64,000 bases of DNA from Minisyncoccia bacterium (GCA_041550235.1 JBFEPE010000002.1:909-64908), one strand, 5' to 3'; positions 35,900-46,364 are shown, counted from the stretch's first letter. Notes: generated from the sequence alone by a model not told the origin. Program-made: numbers and translations.

Positions 35900-38278
35900 A
35901 TTCTTGATTCGCATTACTTTTTTGATGAAGTCGCCAAAGACATCTATGTTTGGCTTTATTTTTTTTAATTGATAATTTTCCAATTCCGCTCCAATTGATA
36001 AATTATTTTCTGACTTATATCTCTTAATCTCATCTATTAAATCCAAAACAATATCAAATTCTACCAAATCCTTTTTCTGACTATTTTCTAAAGATACCTC
36101 ATCAGGCCAATTAGAAATATGAATACTTTTTTGTCCGTCAATATCCCTAAAACCAGATTGATAAATTTCTTCCGTGATAAATGGCATTATCGGAGCAAAT
36201 AATTTTAAGATAGCTAAAAATACCTTATACAAAGTCCATTGAGCCGCAATTTTTGATTCAATATCATCGCCATAAAGCCGATATTTTACAAACTCTAAAT
36301 ATCTATCAGTAAATTTTGACCAAAAGAAATCATCAATATAATTTCTCGCTTTTGCAAATTCGTATTTCTCAAACTCTGTTGTCGCCAATCTAATAGTAGA
36401 ATTAAGTTCATCAATTATCCAATTATCAGAATAATCCAAAGAAGCATCTTTGAATGATTTTTTCTTGCTCAAATCAAAGTCCTCAATTTGCATTGATAAA
36501 AATTTAAAAGCATTCCAAAGTTTTGTAGTTGTTTTTTTACCTTTTTGAATCTCATCTAAACTAAATCTTAAATTTTGACCCAATCCAGCCCCAGTCGCCC
36601 AATAGCGGAATGAATCAGCTCCGTACTCACTTATCACTTCCTCAGGAGGGGTATAATTTTTTAATCTCTTTGATAATTTTTTACCATCTTGTCCCAAGCC
36701 CCATCCGGAAATCATTAAATTTTCAAATGGAATATCATTGAATTGATAGAAACTCTTTACAATAGAATAAAAATCCCATGTCCTTATTATTTCAAAGGCA
36801 TTTGGACGAACAATCGGAGGGTATAATCTTTCTTTGTCTTTTTCTGATTTCACCAATTCTCTTATTAAGAATTGAGTGCATGATGATGTTGCCCATGTAT
36901 CCATCACATCTTCTTCTGGTTTAATATTTTTACTCCCGCATTTTGGACATTTATTAACGGGTGGCTTGTCCTTTATGGGATTAACGGGCAAATCTTTTTC
37001 GTCAGCAAAAATTGGCTCGGAGCATTCCTCACAATACCATATAGGCAATGGCACTCCATAATATCTCTGTCTTGAAATACACCAATCCCACTTCAAAGAA
37101 TTGACCCACAATTCAAGTATTTTAAATTTGTCTTCGGGATGCCATTTTATTTTTTTACCCATTTCCAACCACTTTTCTTTCAATTCAGGGGTAGATATTT
37201 TAATAAACCACTGCTTGCTATTTACAAATTCAACGGGGGTAGAGCATCTTTCATGGACATTAAGAGAATGAGTGATATCTTCTTGTTTTTCAAGAAGGCC
37301 ATCATTTTTTAAATCATCAATTATCTTTTCTCTCGCATCTCTTAAATCTAATCCTTGATATTTTCCAGCTAATTCTCCTAATTTTCCATTTTCTAAAATA
37401 AGTGGTCTCGTATCCAAATTATCTAATTGCCATTTTTCTAAATCTTCTTTGTCTCCCCATGTGCAAACCATCATAATTCCTGTGCCAAAATTAACATCTA
37501 CTTTTTCGCTTGATTTAATTGGGATAGAATAATCAAATAATGGAACTTTTGCCATTTTGTCAATTAAATCAATATATCTCTTGTCGGTTGGATTAACATA
37601 AAGGGCGACACAAGCCGGCAATAATTCGGGTCTTGTGGTGGCAATAGTTAAGCTTGAGCCATCTTCTTCGCCCTTAAAATTTATATAATTAATTTTTGAT
37701 TCTTCTTCTTTGTCTTCTAAGTCGGCTTGAGCAAGGGCGGTTTGACAAGAAGGACACCAGAGGACAGGGGCCTCTTTTTGATATAATGCCTTTTTTTTAT
37801 ATAAATCTATAAGTGATCCTTGGGAAACTTTTGTTGCGAGTGGCGAGATAGTGCTATATGTCCTGCTCCAATCTACTGACACCCCTAAACTAGACCAAAG
37901 TTTTTTGTATGTTTGAGAACTTATTTCTGTTTCTTTTAGGCAAAGTTCAATAAATTCTTTTTTGCTTATTTTTGATTTATCAATATTATATTTTTTTTCA
38001 ACAAATCTTTCGGTGGGCAAACCATTATCATCAAATCCCATAGGATAAAAAACATTAAAGCCCCGCATTCTTTTATATCTCACAATAAATTCGGCTTGGG
38101 CATAAGACATTATGTGCCCGTGGTGGAGGTGGTCGGCTGATGCATAAGGTGGGGGAGTGTCAACAGAAAAAATTTGCCTTTCAGAATTTTCCTCAAAAGC
38201 AAAAATTTTTTCATCTTCCCAATATTTCCTCCACCTCTCCTCACTCTCTTTGAAGTTGTATTTCTTTGATATATCCAT
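35888..38278 (-). CDS. valS: valine--tRNA ligase (short, archaeal-type architecture)
   Basis: DTPPPY..HHGH, ATTRPEL, WDWCISRQRYYG, DVMDTW, KLSK; no C-terminal coiled coil. Confidence 0.93.
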   Translation of the reverse strand: MDISKKYNFKESEERWRKYWEDEKIFAFEENSERQIFSVDTPPPYASADHLHHGHIMSYAQAEFIVRYKRMRGFNVFYPMGFDDNGLPTERFVEKKYNIDKSKISKKEFIELCLKETEISSQTYKKLWSSLGVSVDWSRTYSTISPLATKVSQGSLIDLYKKKALYQKEAPVLWCPSCQTALAQADLEDKEEESKINYINFKGEEDGSSLTIATTRPELLPACVALYVNPTDKRYIDLIDKMAKVPLFDYSIPIKSSEKVDVNFGTGIMMVCTWGDKEDLEKWQLDNLDTRPLILENGKLGELAGKYQGLDLRDAREKIIDDLKNDGLLEKQEDITHSLNVHERCSTPVEFVNSKQWFIKISTPELKEKWLEMGKKIKWHPEDKFKILELWVNSLKWDWCISRQRYYGVPLPIWYCEECSEPIFADEKDLPVNPIKDKPPVNKCPKCGSKNIKPEEDVMDTWATSSCTQFLIRELVKSEKDKERLYPPIVRPNAFEIIRTWDFYSIVKSFYQFNDIPFENLMISGWGLGQDGKKLSKRLKNYTPPEEVISEYGADSFRYWATGAGLGQNLRFSLDEIQKGKKTTTKLWNAFKFLSMQIEDFDLSKKKSFKDASLDYSDNWIIDELNSTIRLATTEFEKYEFAKARNYIDDFFWSKFTDRYLEFVKYRLYGDDIESKIAAQWTLYKVFLAILKLFAPIMPFITEEIYQSGFRDIDGQKSIHISNWPDEVSLENSQKKDLVEFDIVLDLIDEIKRYKSENNLSIGAELENYQLKKIKPNIDVFGDFIKKVMRIKNLIV

Positions 38279-38378
38279 ATTTTGATTATATATTAAATTT
38301 CTTAAATCTCAAATTATTGTATTCGCTCGACTACACATATATTAGACCTTTTTGACTTATTTGTGGTAAAATATAAAT

Positions 38379-38846
38379 ATGAAAGTTGGTGATATTATTA
38401 AAAATAAAAAAATTATTATTATTTCGGCAATTATAATTGCCTTGATTATAATTACTCTTATTATTATCAATATATATTTTGGAACTGGAAAGGAAAATAA
38501 TATTCCTCCTGAAAAAACAATTGAGCAATTAACGATGGAGGCGAGGGAATTTTGTTCTCAAAATGGTGGGGAAGTGCAGGGAAGATTTGATAATGAGAGT
38601 AATCAGTATGAGGTTTGTTTTTTTGAGGGCAATAAAGAGTGTGATATTTTTGAAATGAAAAATGGAGATTGTCCGATTGGTGGAAGGCAAATGGTTTTTT
38701 CAGGCCCAAGAGATTATTGTGTTTCAGTAGGCGGAGAATATTTACCAAAGGAAGATGCCTTAATTGAGGATTTATTCATCACAGGAGATTGCATCTTAGA
38801 TAATGGAGAAGTATTGAATGCATTGGGATTATTTAGAAGTAGATAG
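38379..38846 (+). CDS. DUF333-like Cys-rich exported protein
   Basis: AREFCSQNGG..VCFF..ECD and DYCVSVGG repeats. Confidence 0.7.
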   Translation: MKVGDIIKNKKIIIISAIIIALIIITLIIINIYFGTGKENNIPPEKTIEQLTMEAREFCSQNGGEVQGRFDNESNQYEVCFFEGNKECDIFEMKNGDCPIGGRQMVFSGPRDYCVSVGGEYLPKEDALIEDLFITGDCILDNGEVLNALGLFRSR

Positions 38847-38865
38847 TTTTTTAAATCATTGCATT

Positions 38866-38905
38866 GCCCCGCTCCGCCAGAGGCGGATGTGCCACTTTTG
38901 GCGGA
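38866..38905. repeat. palindrome with inserted 22-bp module
   Basis: CCGCCAGAGGCGGATGTGCCAC at 38874-38895. Confidence 0.85.
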
Positions 38906-38926
38906 CAGGAATAACAATAAATAATT

Positions 38927-39457
38927 ATGAGCATCAAGAGAAAAATAATAATCGCAATTTATTATATAATTATTTTATTTGCCTCTATCTTATTATGGGG
39001 TAGGATTGAATACTCACTTTTTCCTAATAACATCAATGATATATTTTTTTCTATCCTATATGCCATTTCTTTTTCCTTGATGGGATTTTCTATTGTTATT
39101 TTTTTCTACAAAAGATTTGATTGGGCGAAAAGAAATGTTGAGCAATATCAAAATGATTTTAAAAATTTTAAATTATTAAATCATTTGGCAATAATAATAT
39201 TGCCAATTATAGAAGAGATTTTCTTTAGAGGGCTTATTCTTTCTTATTTTGGTTTTTGGATTTCAGTGGTTTTGTTTGGATTGCCTCATGCTATTTTTTT
39301 CAGAAAAGAAGCGGTTTCTACATTCATAACGGTATTCTTATGGGGGATAATTTTCAATACCCTTCTTCTAATCACATCATCATTATTAGCCCCAATAATT
39401 TGTCATATTTTAATAGTTTATTATAGGATTATATTCGTTAAGACTTCGACGGAATGA
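38927..39457 (+). CDS. CPBP (CAAX/Abi) intramembrane protease
   Basis: PIIEEIFFRG, LFGLPH, SLLAPIICH. Confidence 0.9.
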   Translation: MSIKRKIIIAIYYIIILFASILLWGRIEYSLFPNNINDIFFSILYAISFSLMGFSIVIFFYKRFDWAKRNVEQYQNDFKNFKLLNHLAIIILPIIEEIFFRGLILSYFGFWISVVLFGLPHAIFFRKEAVSTFITVFLWGIIFNTLLLITSSLLAPIICHILIVYYRIIFVKTSTE

Positions 39458-39482
39458 AATAAATTATAAATAATTTAAACAT

Positions 39483-39530
39483 CCCAGCCATGTTGAAATT
39501 GCGAAGCAATTTTTTACATGGCGGGCGAAG
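39483..39530. repeat. GCCAYGTTGAAATTGCGA.GCAATTT.TT.CRTGGC element
   Basis: third copy; others near 1797 and 30684. Confidence 0.85.
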
Positions 39531-39630
39531 TAAAAATATGAGTGAAAATATAGAATCATATAAATACACCGTTTTTTTGGCAGGCAGAGATTTTTTGCTC
39601 CAATGATTTAAATATGATAAAATTATTTAT

Positions 39631-41019
39631 ATGGCTAAAAATAATCCAAAAATTCATTTCTTTGGAGGAGCAAGGAAGGTAGATGGCTCTAACTATATGT
39701 TAGAAGTTGGAAAAGATAAAATATTAATTGATGTCGGACTTCATCAATCAGGCGACTCAAGAGAATTAAATTTAAAAAAATTTCCATTTAATCCAAAAGA
39801 AATTAAGGTAATTATAATCACTCATGCTCACATAGACCATGTTGGTTTGTTGCCACGATTATACAAGGAGGGATTTAGAGGAAAAATATATAGCACTCCT
39901 CCAACAAAAAGTTTTGCCGAAATAATGCTGGAGGACTCCCAAAGAATTTTAGAAAAAGAGGAAAAAATTGCTCCATATTCAATAGAAGATATTCAGAAAA
40001 CATTAGATTTATGGGAGACGATGGAATATCATATCAATAAGGAAATATCTCCTAATATTTCATTTGTTTTTTATAATGCCGGTCATATTTTAGGCTCGGT
40101 CATCACTTTAGTTACTGCCAAGCCATCGCCTCAAGAAGAGACAAAAATTGTATTTTCGGGCGATCTAGGGAATTCATATAATATGCTTTTTCCTGAGCCG
40201 GAGAAATTATCCGAAGGAGATTATTGTTTAATAGAATCAACTTATGGCGACCGGCTTCATGAGGATTTAGGAAGCAAGAAGGATATATTGGAAGATATTA
40301 TTGAGGAAACTGCGAGGAACAATGGTGTCTTGATGATTCCTGCCTTTGCAATGGAAAGAACTCAGGAATTACTTTTTGAATTGAATGAATTAATTCAAAA
40401 AGAAAAAATACCTCAACTGCCAATATTTGTAGATAGCCCGCTTGCGACAAAGATAACAAATGTTCATAGAAAATATCAATCATATTTCAGATTAGAAGCA
40501 TTTAAAGTAGTAGATAGAGACCCAGATGGATTCTTTAATTTCCCTGGATTAAAATTTACCCTTTCTACTGATGAATCAAAATCTATAAATGATATCCCTG
40601 CTCCTAAAATTATTGTGGCAGGGTCTGGTTCATCTCAAGGAGGGAGAATTATTCATCATGAGAAAAGATATTTGCCTGACCCGAACAGCACATTACTTGT
40701 AGTTGGATATCAGATGAAGGGTAGTTTGGGAAGGCGATTAATTGAGGGAGAAAAAAAGGTGAGAATTCATGGAGAGGATGTTTTGGTGAGGGCAAAAATA
40801 GAAATGATAAGTGCTTATAGCGCTCATGCTGATCAAAAGCAACTTTTAAATTGGCTAAAGCCAATGAGATTTTCTTTGAAGAAATTATTTGTCGTTCAAG
40901 GTGATGAGGAATCAAGTATGGCCTTCGCGGAAAAATCAAGGAATTCGTTTGGAATTGATGCAGTCATCCCCGTCCATGGTCAGGTGATAGAGCTAGAGAC
41001 AAGACGAATTGAGAAATAG
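39631..41019 (+). CDS. MBL-fold beta-CASP ribonuclease
   Basis: THAHIDHVG, NAGHILGS, IESTYG, YSAHAD. Confidence 0.93.
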   Translation: MAKNNPKIHFFGGARKVDGSNYMLEVGKDKILIDVGLHQSGDSRELNLKKFPFNPKEIKVIIITHAHIDHVGLLPRLYKEGFRGKIYSTPPTKSFAEIMLEDSQRILEKEEKIAPYSIEDIQKTLDLWETMEYHINKEISPNISFVFYNAGHILGSVITLVTAKPSPQEETKIVFSGDLGNSYNMLFPEPEKLSEGDYCLIESTYGDRLHEDLGSKKDILEDIIEETARNNGVLMIPAFAMERTQELLFELNELIQKEKIPQLPIFVDSPLATKITNVHRKYQSYFRLEAFKVVDRDPDGFFNFPGLKFTLSTDESKSINDIPAPKIIVAGSGSSQGGRIIHHEKRYLPDPNSTLLVVGYQMKGSLGRRLIEGEKKVRIHGEDVLVRAKIEMISAYSAHADQKQLLNWLKPMRFSLKKLFVVQGDEESSMAFAEKSRNSFGIDAVIPVHGQVIELETRRIEK

Positions 41020-41033
41020 TAAGGTGCAATACT

Positions 41034-41762
41034 ATGATATCAAAAAAAATAAGGATTATTTTTGAAAATGAGAATTTCTTAATAATTGATAAGTCAAGTG
41101 GCTTATTAGTTCATTCTATATCAAGCAAGGCAAGGGGTAATGAAAAAACATTAGTTGATTGGTTAATAAATAAATATCCTAATATAAAAGATGTTGGCGA
41201 AAATATTATTCGCCCGGGAATAGTTCATAGATTAGATAGAAACACATCAGGAATTATGATAATTGCTAAAAATAATGAAGCATTTTTTTATTTCAAAAAA
41301 CTTTTTCAAGAAAGAAAGATAAGGAAAAAATATTTAACATTGGTTTGGGGGTTATTAAAGGAAAAAGGGGGGATTATAGATAAGCCAATTGGCAGGATAA
41401 GGGCGGCCACCAAAAGATCAGTTTTAGCTAAAAATATTAGCAATATCAAAGAAGCCATCACGGAATATAAATTGATTAAGGTTTTCAAAGATAAAGAGGG
41501 CAGAGAGTTTTCTCTATTAGAGGTGAGTCCGAAAACAGGGAGAACAAATCAGATAAGGGTTCATCTTCAATATTTAGGTCATCCAATAGTTGGCGATGAT
41601 ATTTATAGCCCTAAAAAATTGGTCGCTCCAAGCGGATTAGATAGAATGTTTCTTCACGCTTTTTCTTTAGAATTTAATTCAATAAGTGGAGAAAGATTTT
41701 TATTTGAAGCAAATCTTCCCCAAGAATTAGAAATTTTTTTATCAGATTTAGAGAAGCAATAG
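41034..41762 (+). CDS. RluA/RluD-family pseudouridine synthase
   Basis: RPGIVHRLDRNTSG, TGRTNQIRVH, GHPIVGD. Confidence 0.95.
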   Translation: MISKKIRIIFENENFLIIDKSSGLLVHSISSKARGNEKTLVDWLINKYPNIKDVGENIIRPGIVHRLDRNTSGIMIIAKNNEAFFYFKKLFQERKIRKKYLTLVWGLLKEKGGIIDKPIGRIRAATKRSVLAKNISNIKEAITEYKLIKVFKDKEGREFSLLEVSPKTGRTNQIRVHLQYLGHPIVGDDIYSPKKLVAPSGLDRMFLHAFSLEFNSISGERFLFEANLPQELEIFLSDLEKQ

Positions 41763-41827
41763 ATAATATTTTCCATTGATTTTAAATTAAAATAATTTAA
41801 GATGTATAAATAATAATAAACTGAGGC

Positions 41828-41879
41828 ATCCTCCCTCGCCCGTCAAAGGCGGATGTGCCACCTACGGCGAGGGGGGATG
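41828..41879. repeat. long-stem palindrome interrupted by a 22-bp module
   Basis: CATCCTCCCTCGC[CCGTCAAAGGCGGATGTGCCAC]CTACGGCGAGGGGGGATG. Confidence 0.88.
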
Positions 41880-41913
41880 TGAAACTTTATAATTTAGCAA
41901 AATAAAAATAATA

Positions 41914-43230
41914 ATGAATAAAATAAATAAAATATCAAAAGCGAGGATGGTGTGGTGGTTAATATTGATAATCATCGTCTCTTTAGTGGCGGGAGCATTT
42001 AGTTACGGCGAAAAAATAACTTTTATTCCCGAATGGATGAAGAAGCCATTTAGATTAGGGTTGGACTTATCGGGCGGAGCCCACTTGCTTTACGAAGTGG
42101 ATATGAGCCAAGTTGATGAGAAAGACAGAGGCGATGTCGCATCAGGACTTAGAGATGTGATTGAAAGAAGAGTAAATCTTTTTGGAGTAGCGGAACCAAG
42201 AGTAGAGAGTGTGAGGGTCAAAGAGGATTATCGTCTCAATGTGGAATTAGCCGGAGTGAAGGATATATCTTTAGCAGTAGCAATGATAGGGGAGACGCCA
42301 TATTTAGAATTTAGAGAGCAAAGAACAGAAGACGAGACAGCAATGATATTAGAGGAGCAAGAAAAAGAAGGAGGAGAGCAATATTTAGGGATTGACCCAT
42401 ATTTTGTTCCATCAACCCCATCACTCACAGGAAAATATTTGAAGTCGGCTCAATTAGATTTTGACCAAACAACATTTGAGCCAATAGTTAATTTGCAATT
42501 CACTGATGAGGGAGGAGATATTTTTGCTGAATTAACAAGGGAAAATAAGGGCAAGATGTTGGCTATTTATTTAGACGGATATCCAATATCAACCCCAGTC
42601 GTGAGAGATGAGATATTGGATGGAAGTGCCCAAATATCAGGAAGATTTACTTCTCAAGAAGCAAAAGAATTAGTGCGAAGGCTTAATGCTGGAGCATTGC
42701 CAGCACCAATTAATCTCATATCTCAGCAAACAGTTGGAGCAAGTTTAGGTCAAGAATCATTAGGGCTTATCGTTAAGGCGGGGGTTATTGGAATATTAGC
42801 AGTAGGGGTATTTATGATTCTTTATTATCAATTATTTGGTCTCTTCGCCGCTATTGCTCTTGCAATTTACACGGCTTTGTCTTTGGCAATATTTAAATTT
42901 ATTCCGGTCACTCTCACATTGTCAGGAGTAGCGGGCTTTATTTTGTCTATCGGAATGGCGGTTGATGCTAATATTTTAATATTTGAAAGAACAAAGGAAG
43001 AGTTGAAAAAGGGGTTAAGTAAGATGAGGGCGATAGAGGAAGGTTTTCAGAGGGCATGGCTTTCTATAAGAGATTCTAATATTTCTACAATAATTACTTG
43101 TTTGGTTTTGTATAATTTTACGACATCTATCATAAAGGGGTTTGCCCTCACTCTTCTTATTGGAGTCCTTATCAGCATGTTTACCGCCATCACCGTCACC
43201 CGAACATTTCTAAGAGTCTTTCATAAGTAA
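41914..43230 (+). CDS. secD: protein translocase subunit SecD
   Basis: LGLDLSGG, RVNLFGVAEP, GMAVDANILIFER, IRDSN. Confidence 0.97.
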   Translation: MNKINKISKARMVWWLILIIIVSLVAGAFSYGEKITFIPEWMKKPFRLGLDLSGGAHLLYEVDMSQVDEKDRGDVASGLRDVIERRVNLFGVAEPRVESVRVKEDYRLNVELAGVKDISLAVAMIGETPYLEFREQRTEDETAMILEEQEKEGGEQYLGIDPYFVPSTPSLTGKYLKSAQLDFDQTTFEPIVNLQFTDEGGDIFAELTRENKGKMLAIYLDGYPISTPVVRDEILDGSAQISGRFTSQEAKELVRRLNAGALPAPINLISQQTVGASLGQESLGLIVKAGVIGILAVGVFMILYYQLFGLFAAIALAIYTALSLAIFKFIPVTLTLSGVAGFILSIGMAVDANILIFERTKEELKKGLSKMRAIEEGFQRAWLSIRDSNISTIITCLVLYNFTTSIIKGFALTLLIGVLISMFTAITVTRTFLRVFHK

Positions 43231-43300
43231 TAATAAAATTTTTTTATCATCTTGTTTGTTGTCCTTGTATCTCTCTCTGTCGTCCCCGTATTTTCCCTCC

Positions 43301-43389
43301 TTGTCACCCCCGCGAAGGCGGGGGTCTAAAAAGATGGCAAGTGGGTGGTGGTAGCGAGGCAGAGATTCCTGCCTTCGCAGGAATGACAA
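43301..43389. repeat. TGTCA..TGACA-bounded palindromic element (REP/RPE-like)
   Basis: GTCACCCCCGCGAAGGCGGGGGTC..GAGATTCCTGCCTTCGCAGGAATGAC; siblings at 57934 and 63532. Confidence 0.9.
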
Positions 43390-43416
43390 GTTTAATTTTG
43401 TTGATTAATTAATAAT

Positions 43417-43950
43417 ATGAGTGATGATGTCTTTAATAGATTAGAAAAAGATTTGTATATTAAATTATTGGATTATGGATTTAAAAATCCACAGGGGTTT
43501 AATTTTAAAACAATTAAGGAGTATTTGAAATTGAATGAATATGATGAGAGGATATTGGAGATAAATATTGAGAATGCATTTATTAACACTAGAAATCGCG
43601 ATGTTGATAGTAAGGCCGCTGTTCAAGAGACAATCTTTCTATGCCTTGCTGATAGGCAGGGTCGTCATTTTGATGAGGGAAAAAAATATGTCCTCACTCT
43701 TGAGGCGAGGGGAAAATATATTGATTATTTAGAACTAACAGAGGCGAGAAAATTTTCACAAAAAGCATCGCTGGATGCAAAAAGGGCAATAAATATTGCA
43801 AAATGGGCATTGATAGTTTCAATTATTATCGCATTCATTTCAATTATATTTTCACTTATTCAAATATTAAGACCTATAAAAATAGACAAAAGCCAATTTA
43901 ATCAAGTTATAGAATATTTAGATAATGGAATGGAGAATGCCACAAAATAA
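43417..43950 (+). CDS. hypothetical protein with C-terminal TM
   Basis: 177-aa ORF; wHTH-like YVLTLEARGKY segment followed by a TM. Confidence 0.75.
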   Translation: MSDDVFNRLEKDLYIKLLDYGFKNPQGFNFKTIKEYLKLNEYDERILEINIENAFINTRNRDVDSKAAVQETIFLCLADRQGRHFDEGKKYVLTLEARGKYIDYLELTEARKFSQKASLDAKRAINIAKWALIVSIIIAFISIIFSLIQILRPIKIDKSQFNQVIEYLDNGMENATK

Positions 43951-44026
43951 GGGGTAGATAAATCTTTCCGCATCAACCCCCTTGACTTATTTTAAATATA
44001 TGTTATAATCCTTGTGGGAGGTTAAA

Positions 44027-44197
44027 ATGAGTGATTTTAATAAAATAAATAATATGCCGGAAAAAACCGTGAGCCAGTTAGAAAAAAAGATAGTGGTCAT
44101 TAAAGAATTGATTGGAAGATTGTCTGGGATTAAAAAAATTGAAACTCAGGCAATGCTGAAAACTTTTTATGTAAAATTAGAGAATTTAAAAAAATAA
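44027..44197 (+). CDS. orphan 56-aa protein
   Basis: own TTGACT-16-TATAAT promoter, GGGAGG SD, terminator 44226-44260. Confidence 0.65.
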   Translation: MSDFNKINNMPEKTVSQLEKKIVVIKELIGRLSGIKKIETQAMLKTFYVKLENLKK

Positions 44198-44313
44198 TAG
44201 GCTTGATAATTTATTATCTTGTCTATAAAAAACAAGGCTAAATGTTTGGCCTTGTTTTTTAATTATTAATTTTTTCTTTGTGTTTTTTATTTATATAGAT
44301 ATAATAGTAATAT

Positions 44314-44700
44314 ATGAAAGTTAAATTAAATTTTTTACATATCTGCGATGAGGTAATTGCCTCTATTGATGGAAAAATAAGCATTATAGGAATGTTTTCC
44401 GTTATTAATACCTTAAAGGTCCCAGCAAACCACCCAAAATTTTATATAATGGTTAATATGACTGCTGATCCGGGCAAATATGATCAATTAATAGAAATAG
44501 TGTCGCCAAGTGGCAGGGTTGTTTCTAAAATAGAAGGAAAATCGGTAATAATTAAAGAGGGTGGGGTAAGTAATTTTATTGCAAACTTCGTAAATACTCC
44601 ATTGCCCGAATTAGGCAGGTATAAGATTAGGGTCTCTGTTGAGGGGGAAATTTTAAGCGATGATGAGGGCTATTTCTTTGATGTTATAAAAAAAGCATAA
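44314..44700 (+). CDS. DUF6941-like beta-sandwich protein
   Basis: FLHICD..DGKISIIGMF..PELGRYKIRVSVEGE pattern. Confidence 0.65.
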   Translation: MKVKLNFLHICDEVIASIDGKISIIGMFSVINTLKVPANHPKFYIMVNMTADPGKYDQLIEIVSPSGRVVSKIEGKSVIIKEGGVSNFIANFVNTPLPELGRYKIRVSVEGEILSDDEGYFFDVIKKA

Positions 44701-44707
44701 TAATTAT

Positions 44708-45100
44708 ATGAACTATACTTTCTTACAAAAAAGACCATTGTTTTTATATGATAAAGTTTCAAATTCTAGTCAATCACTAGATGAGGTTGTTTTTTCTGAA
44801 AATTATCTTGAAAATTCAAGGGGTTTATTAATTTTTAATTTGAGTTCTGATAAGATATATTTAAAAAATGCCCCGCTATTTATTGACAGAGATGTAGATG
44901 AAGATGGGAATATTATTTATTCAAATTCAGATTTAGAAATATTTGGTTATGGCGATACCGACGAGGAGGCAAGAGCGGATTTTGAAAAAGTATTAGAGGA
45001 TTTATATATTTGTTTTAATCAAGAAAAAGAAAAAAATAATCTTCACAATAATGCAATTCCACTTTGGAATCTTTTGGATAATATTTTAAAAGAGAAGTAA
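44708..45100 (+). CDS. HicB-like antitoxin
   Basis: DLEIFGYGDTDEEARADF motif. Confidence 0.65.
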   Translation: MNYTFLQKRPLFLYDKVSNSSQSLDEVVFSENYLENSRGLLIFNLSSDKIYLKNAPLFIDRDVDEDGNIIYSNSDLEIFGYGDTDEEARADFEKVLEDLYICFNQEKEKNNLHNNAIPLWNLLDNILKEK

Positions 45101-45106
45101 TACATC

Positions 45107-45385
45107 ATGCAATTAAAAATAAAAGAAGCAAAAAGGGTCATTGATAAATTAGAGATGAGGGGGAGAGAGGGGAATGATACTCTCTGTTATTTTTATCACG
45201 AGGGAAAAATGACTAATATATTTACTAGAATCCCCCACAAAAACGGAGATTTAAAAGGCAAGTTGCCCGATTTCATACGACAGCAATTAAAATTAAATGA
45301 AGAAGATTTTCTGAATTTGAAAAAATGTTCATTGAGTAAAGAAGGATACATTGAAATATTAAAAGAAAAAGGGATAATTGATTAA
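45107..45385 (+). CDS. HicA-like toxin (divergent)
   Basis: TRIPH..GDL..IRQQLKLNEEDF pattern; usual GSH His replaced (GND). Confidence 0.55.
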   Translation: MQLKIKEAKRVIDKLEMRGREGNDTLCYFYHEGKMTNIFTRIPHKNGDLKGKLPDFIRQQLKLNEEDFLNLKKCSLSKEGYIEILKEKGIID

Positions 45386-45405
45386 AATAATAATAATAAA
45401 AAAAT

Positions 45406-46299
45406 ATGAATTTTATAAAAATAAGAAAATATCCATATATTTTTTCAGGGTTGCTAATAATAGCAACAATTTTTGGGATGATTTATTTCGGTTTCAATTT
45501 AGGAATAGACTTCAAGGGTGGTTCATTATTAGAAATAAATCTAAACAAAGAAAATATATCATCAAGTGAAGTAGAGGAGATTATGAATAGTTTTGATTTA
45601 GGCGATAGCATAATCTCAAAAACGGAAAGAGGCAGTTTTATTATTAGAACAAAAGATATATCAGAAGAAACTCATCAAGAGATATTAAGCAATTTCAAAA
45701 ATAAATTTGAGAGGGCTGAAGAGGAAAGATTTGAATCAATAGGTCCTGCTATCGGGCAAGAACTCAGGCAAAAATCAATAACGGCGATGATTTTAGTTGT
45801 CGTAGGAATAGCACTTTATTTAGCATGGGCATTCAGAAAAGTATCTCGCCCAATGTCATCTTGGAAATATGGAATTGTAACAATCATTGCCCTCATTCAC
45901 GATGTTCTAATTCCCGCAGGTGTTTTTGTCTATCTTGGATATTTTTCAGGAATGGAAATAGATTCCTCGTTTATTGTTGCCATTCTCGTTGTATTAGGTT
46001 TTTCCGTCCATGATACAATTGTTGTTTTGGATAGGATAAGAGAGAAATTAAGCACTGAGCCAAAATTGGAATTTGGAGAAATAATCAATAAGAGCATCAA
46101 GGAGACATTAGTGAGGTCGTTCAACACATCCATAACATTAATATTTGTTTTAGTTGCCCTTCTTATTTTTGGACCCGCCTCTCTTTGGGGATTCACATTA
46201 GTTCTTCTTATTGGAACATTAGCAGGAACATATTCATCAATTTTCCTCGCCAGCCCACTCCTTTATGACTGGTATTTGAGAAGCAAGGCAAGGCGATAA
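45406..46299 (+). CDS. secF: protein translocase subunit SecF
   Basis: LGIDFKGG, ALIHDV, GFSVHDTIVVLDRIRE, GTYSSIF. Confidence 0.97.
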   Translation: MNFIKIRKYPYIFSGLLIIATIFGMIYFGFNLGIDFKGGSLLEINLNKENISSSEVEEIMNSFDLGDSIISKTERGSFIIRTKDISEETHQEILSNFKNKFERAEEERFESIGPAIGQELRQKSITAMILVVVGIALYLAWAFRKVSRPMSSWKYGIVTIIALIHDVLIPAGVFVYLGYFSGMEIDSSFIVAILVVLGFSVHDTIVVLDRIREKLSTEPKLEFGEIINKSIKETLVRSFNTSITLIFVLVALLIFGPASLWGFTLVLLIGTLAGTYSSIFLASPLLYDWYLRSKARR

Positions 46300-46340
46300 G
46301 ATGATAGTTGGAATAATAAGTTTTGAATATAAAATACACT

Positions 46341-46364
46341 ACCCCCCGCCACAGGCGGGGGTAT
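46341..46364. repeat. GC-rich palindrome
   Basis: TACCCCCCGCC-ACA-GGCGGGGGTA. Confidence 0.8.
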
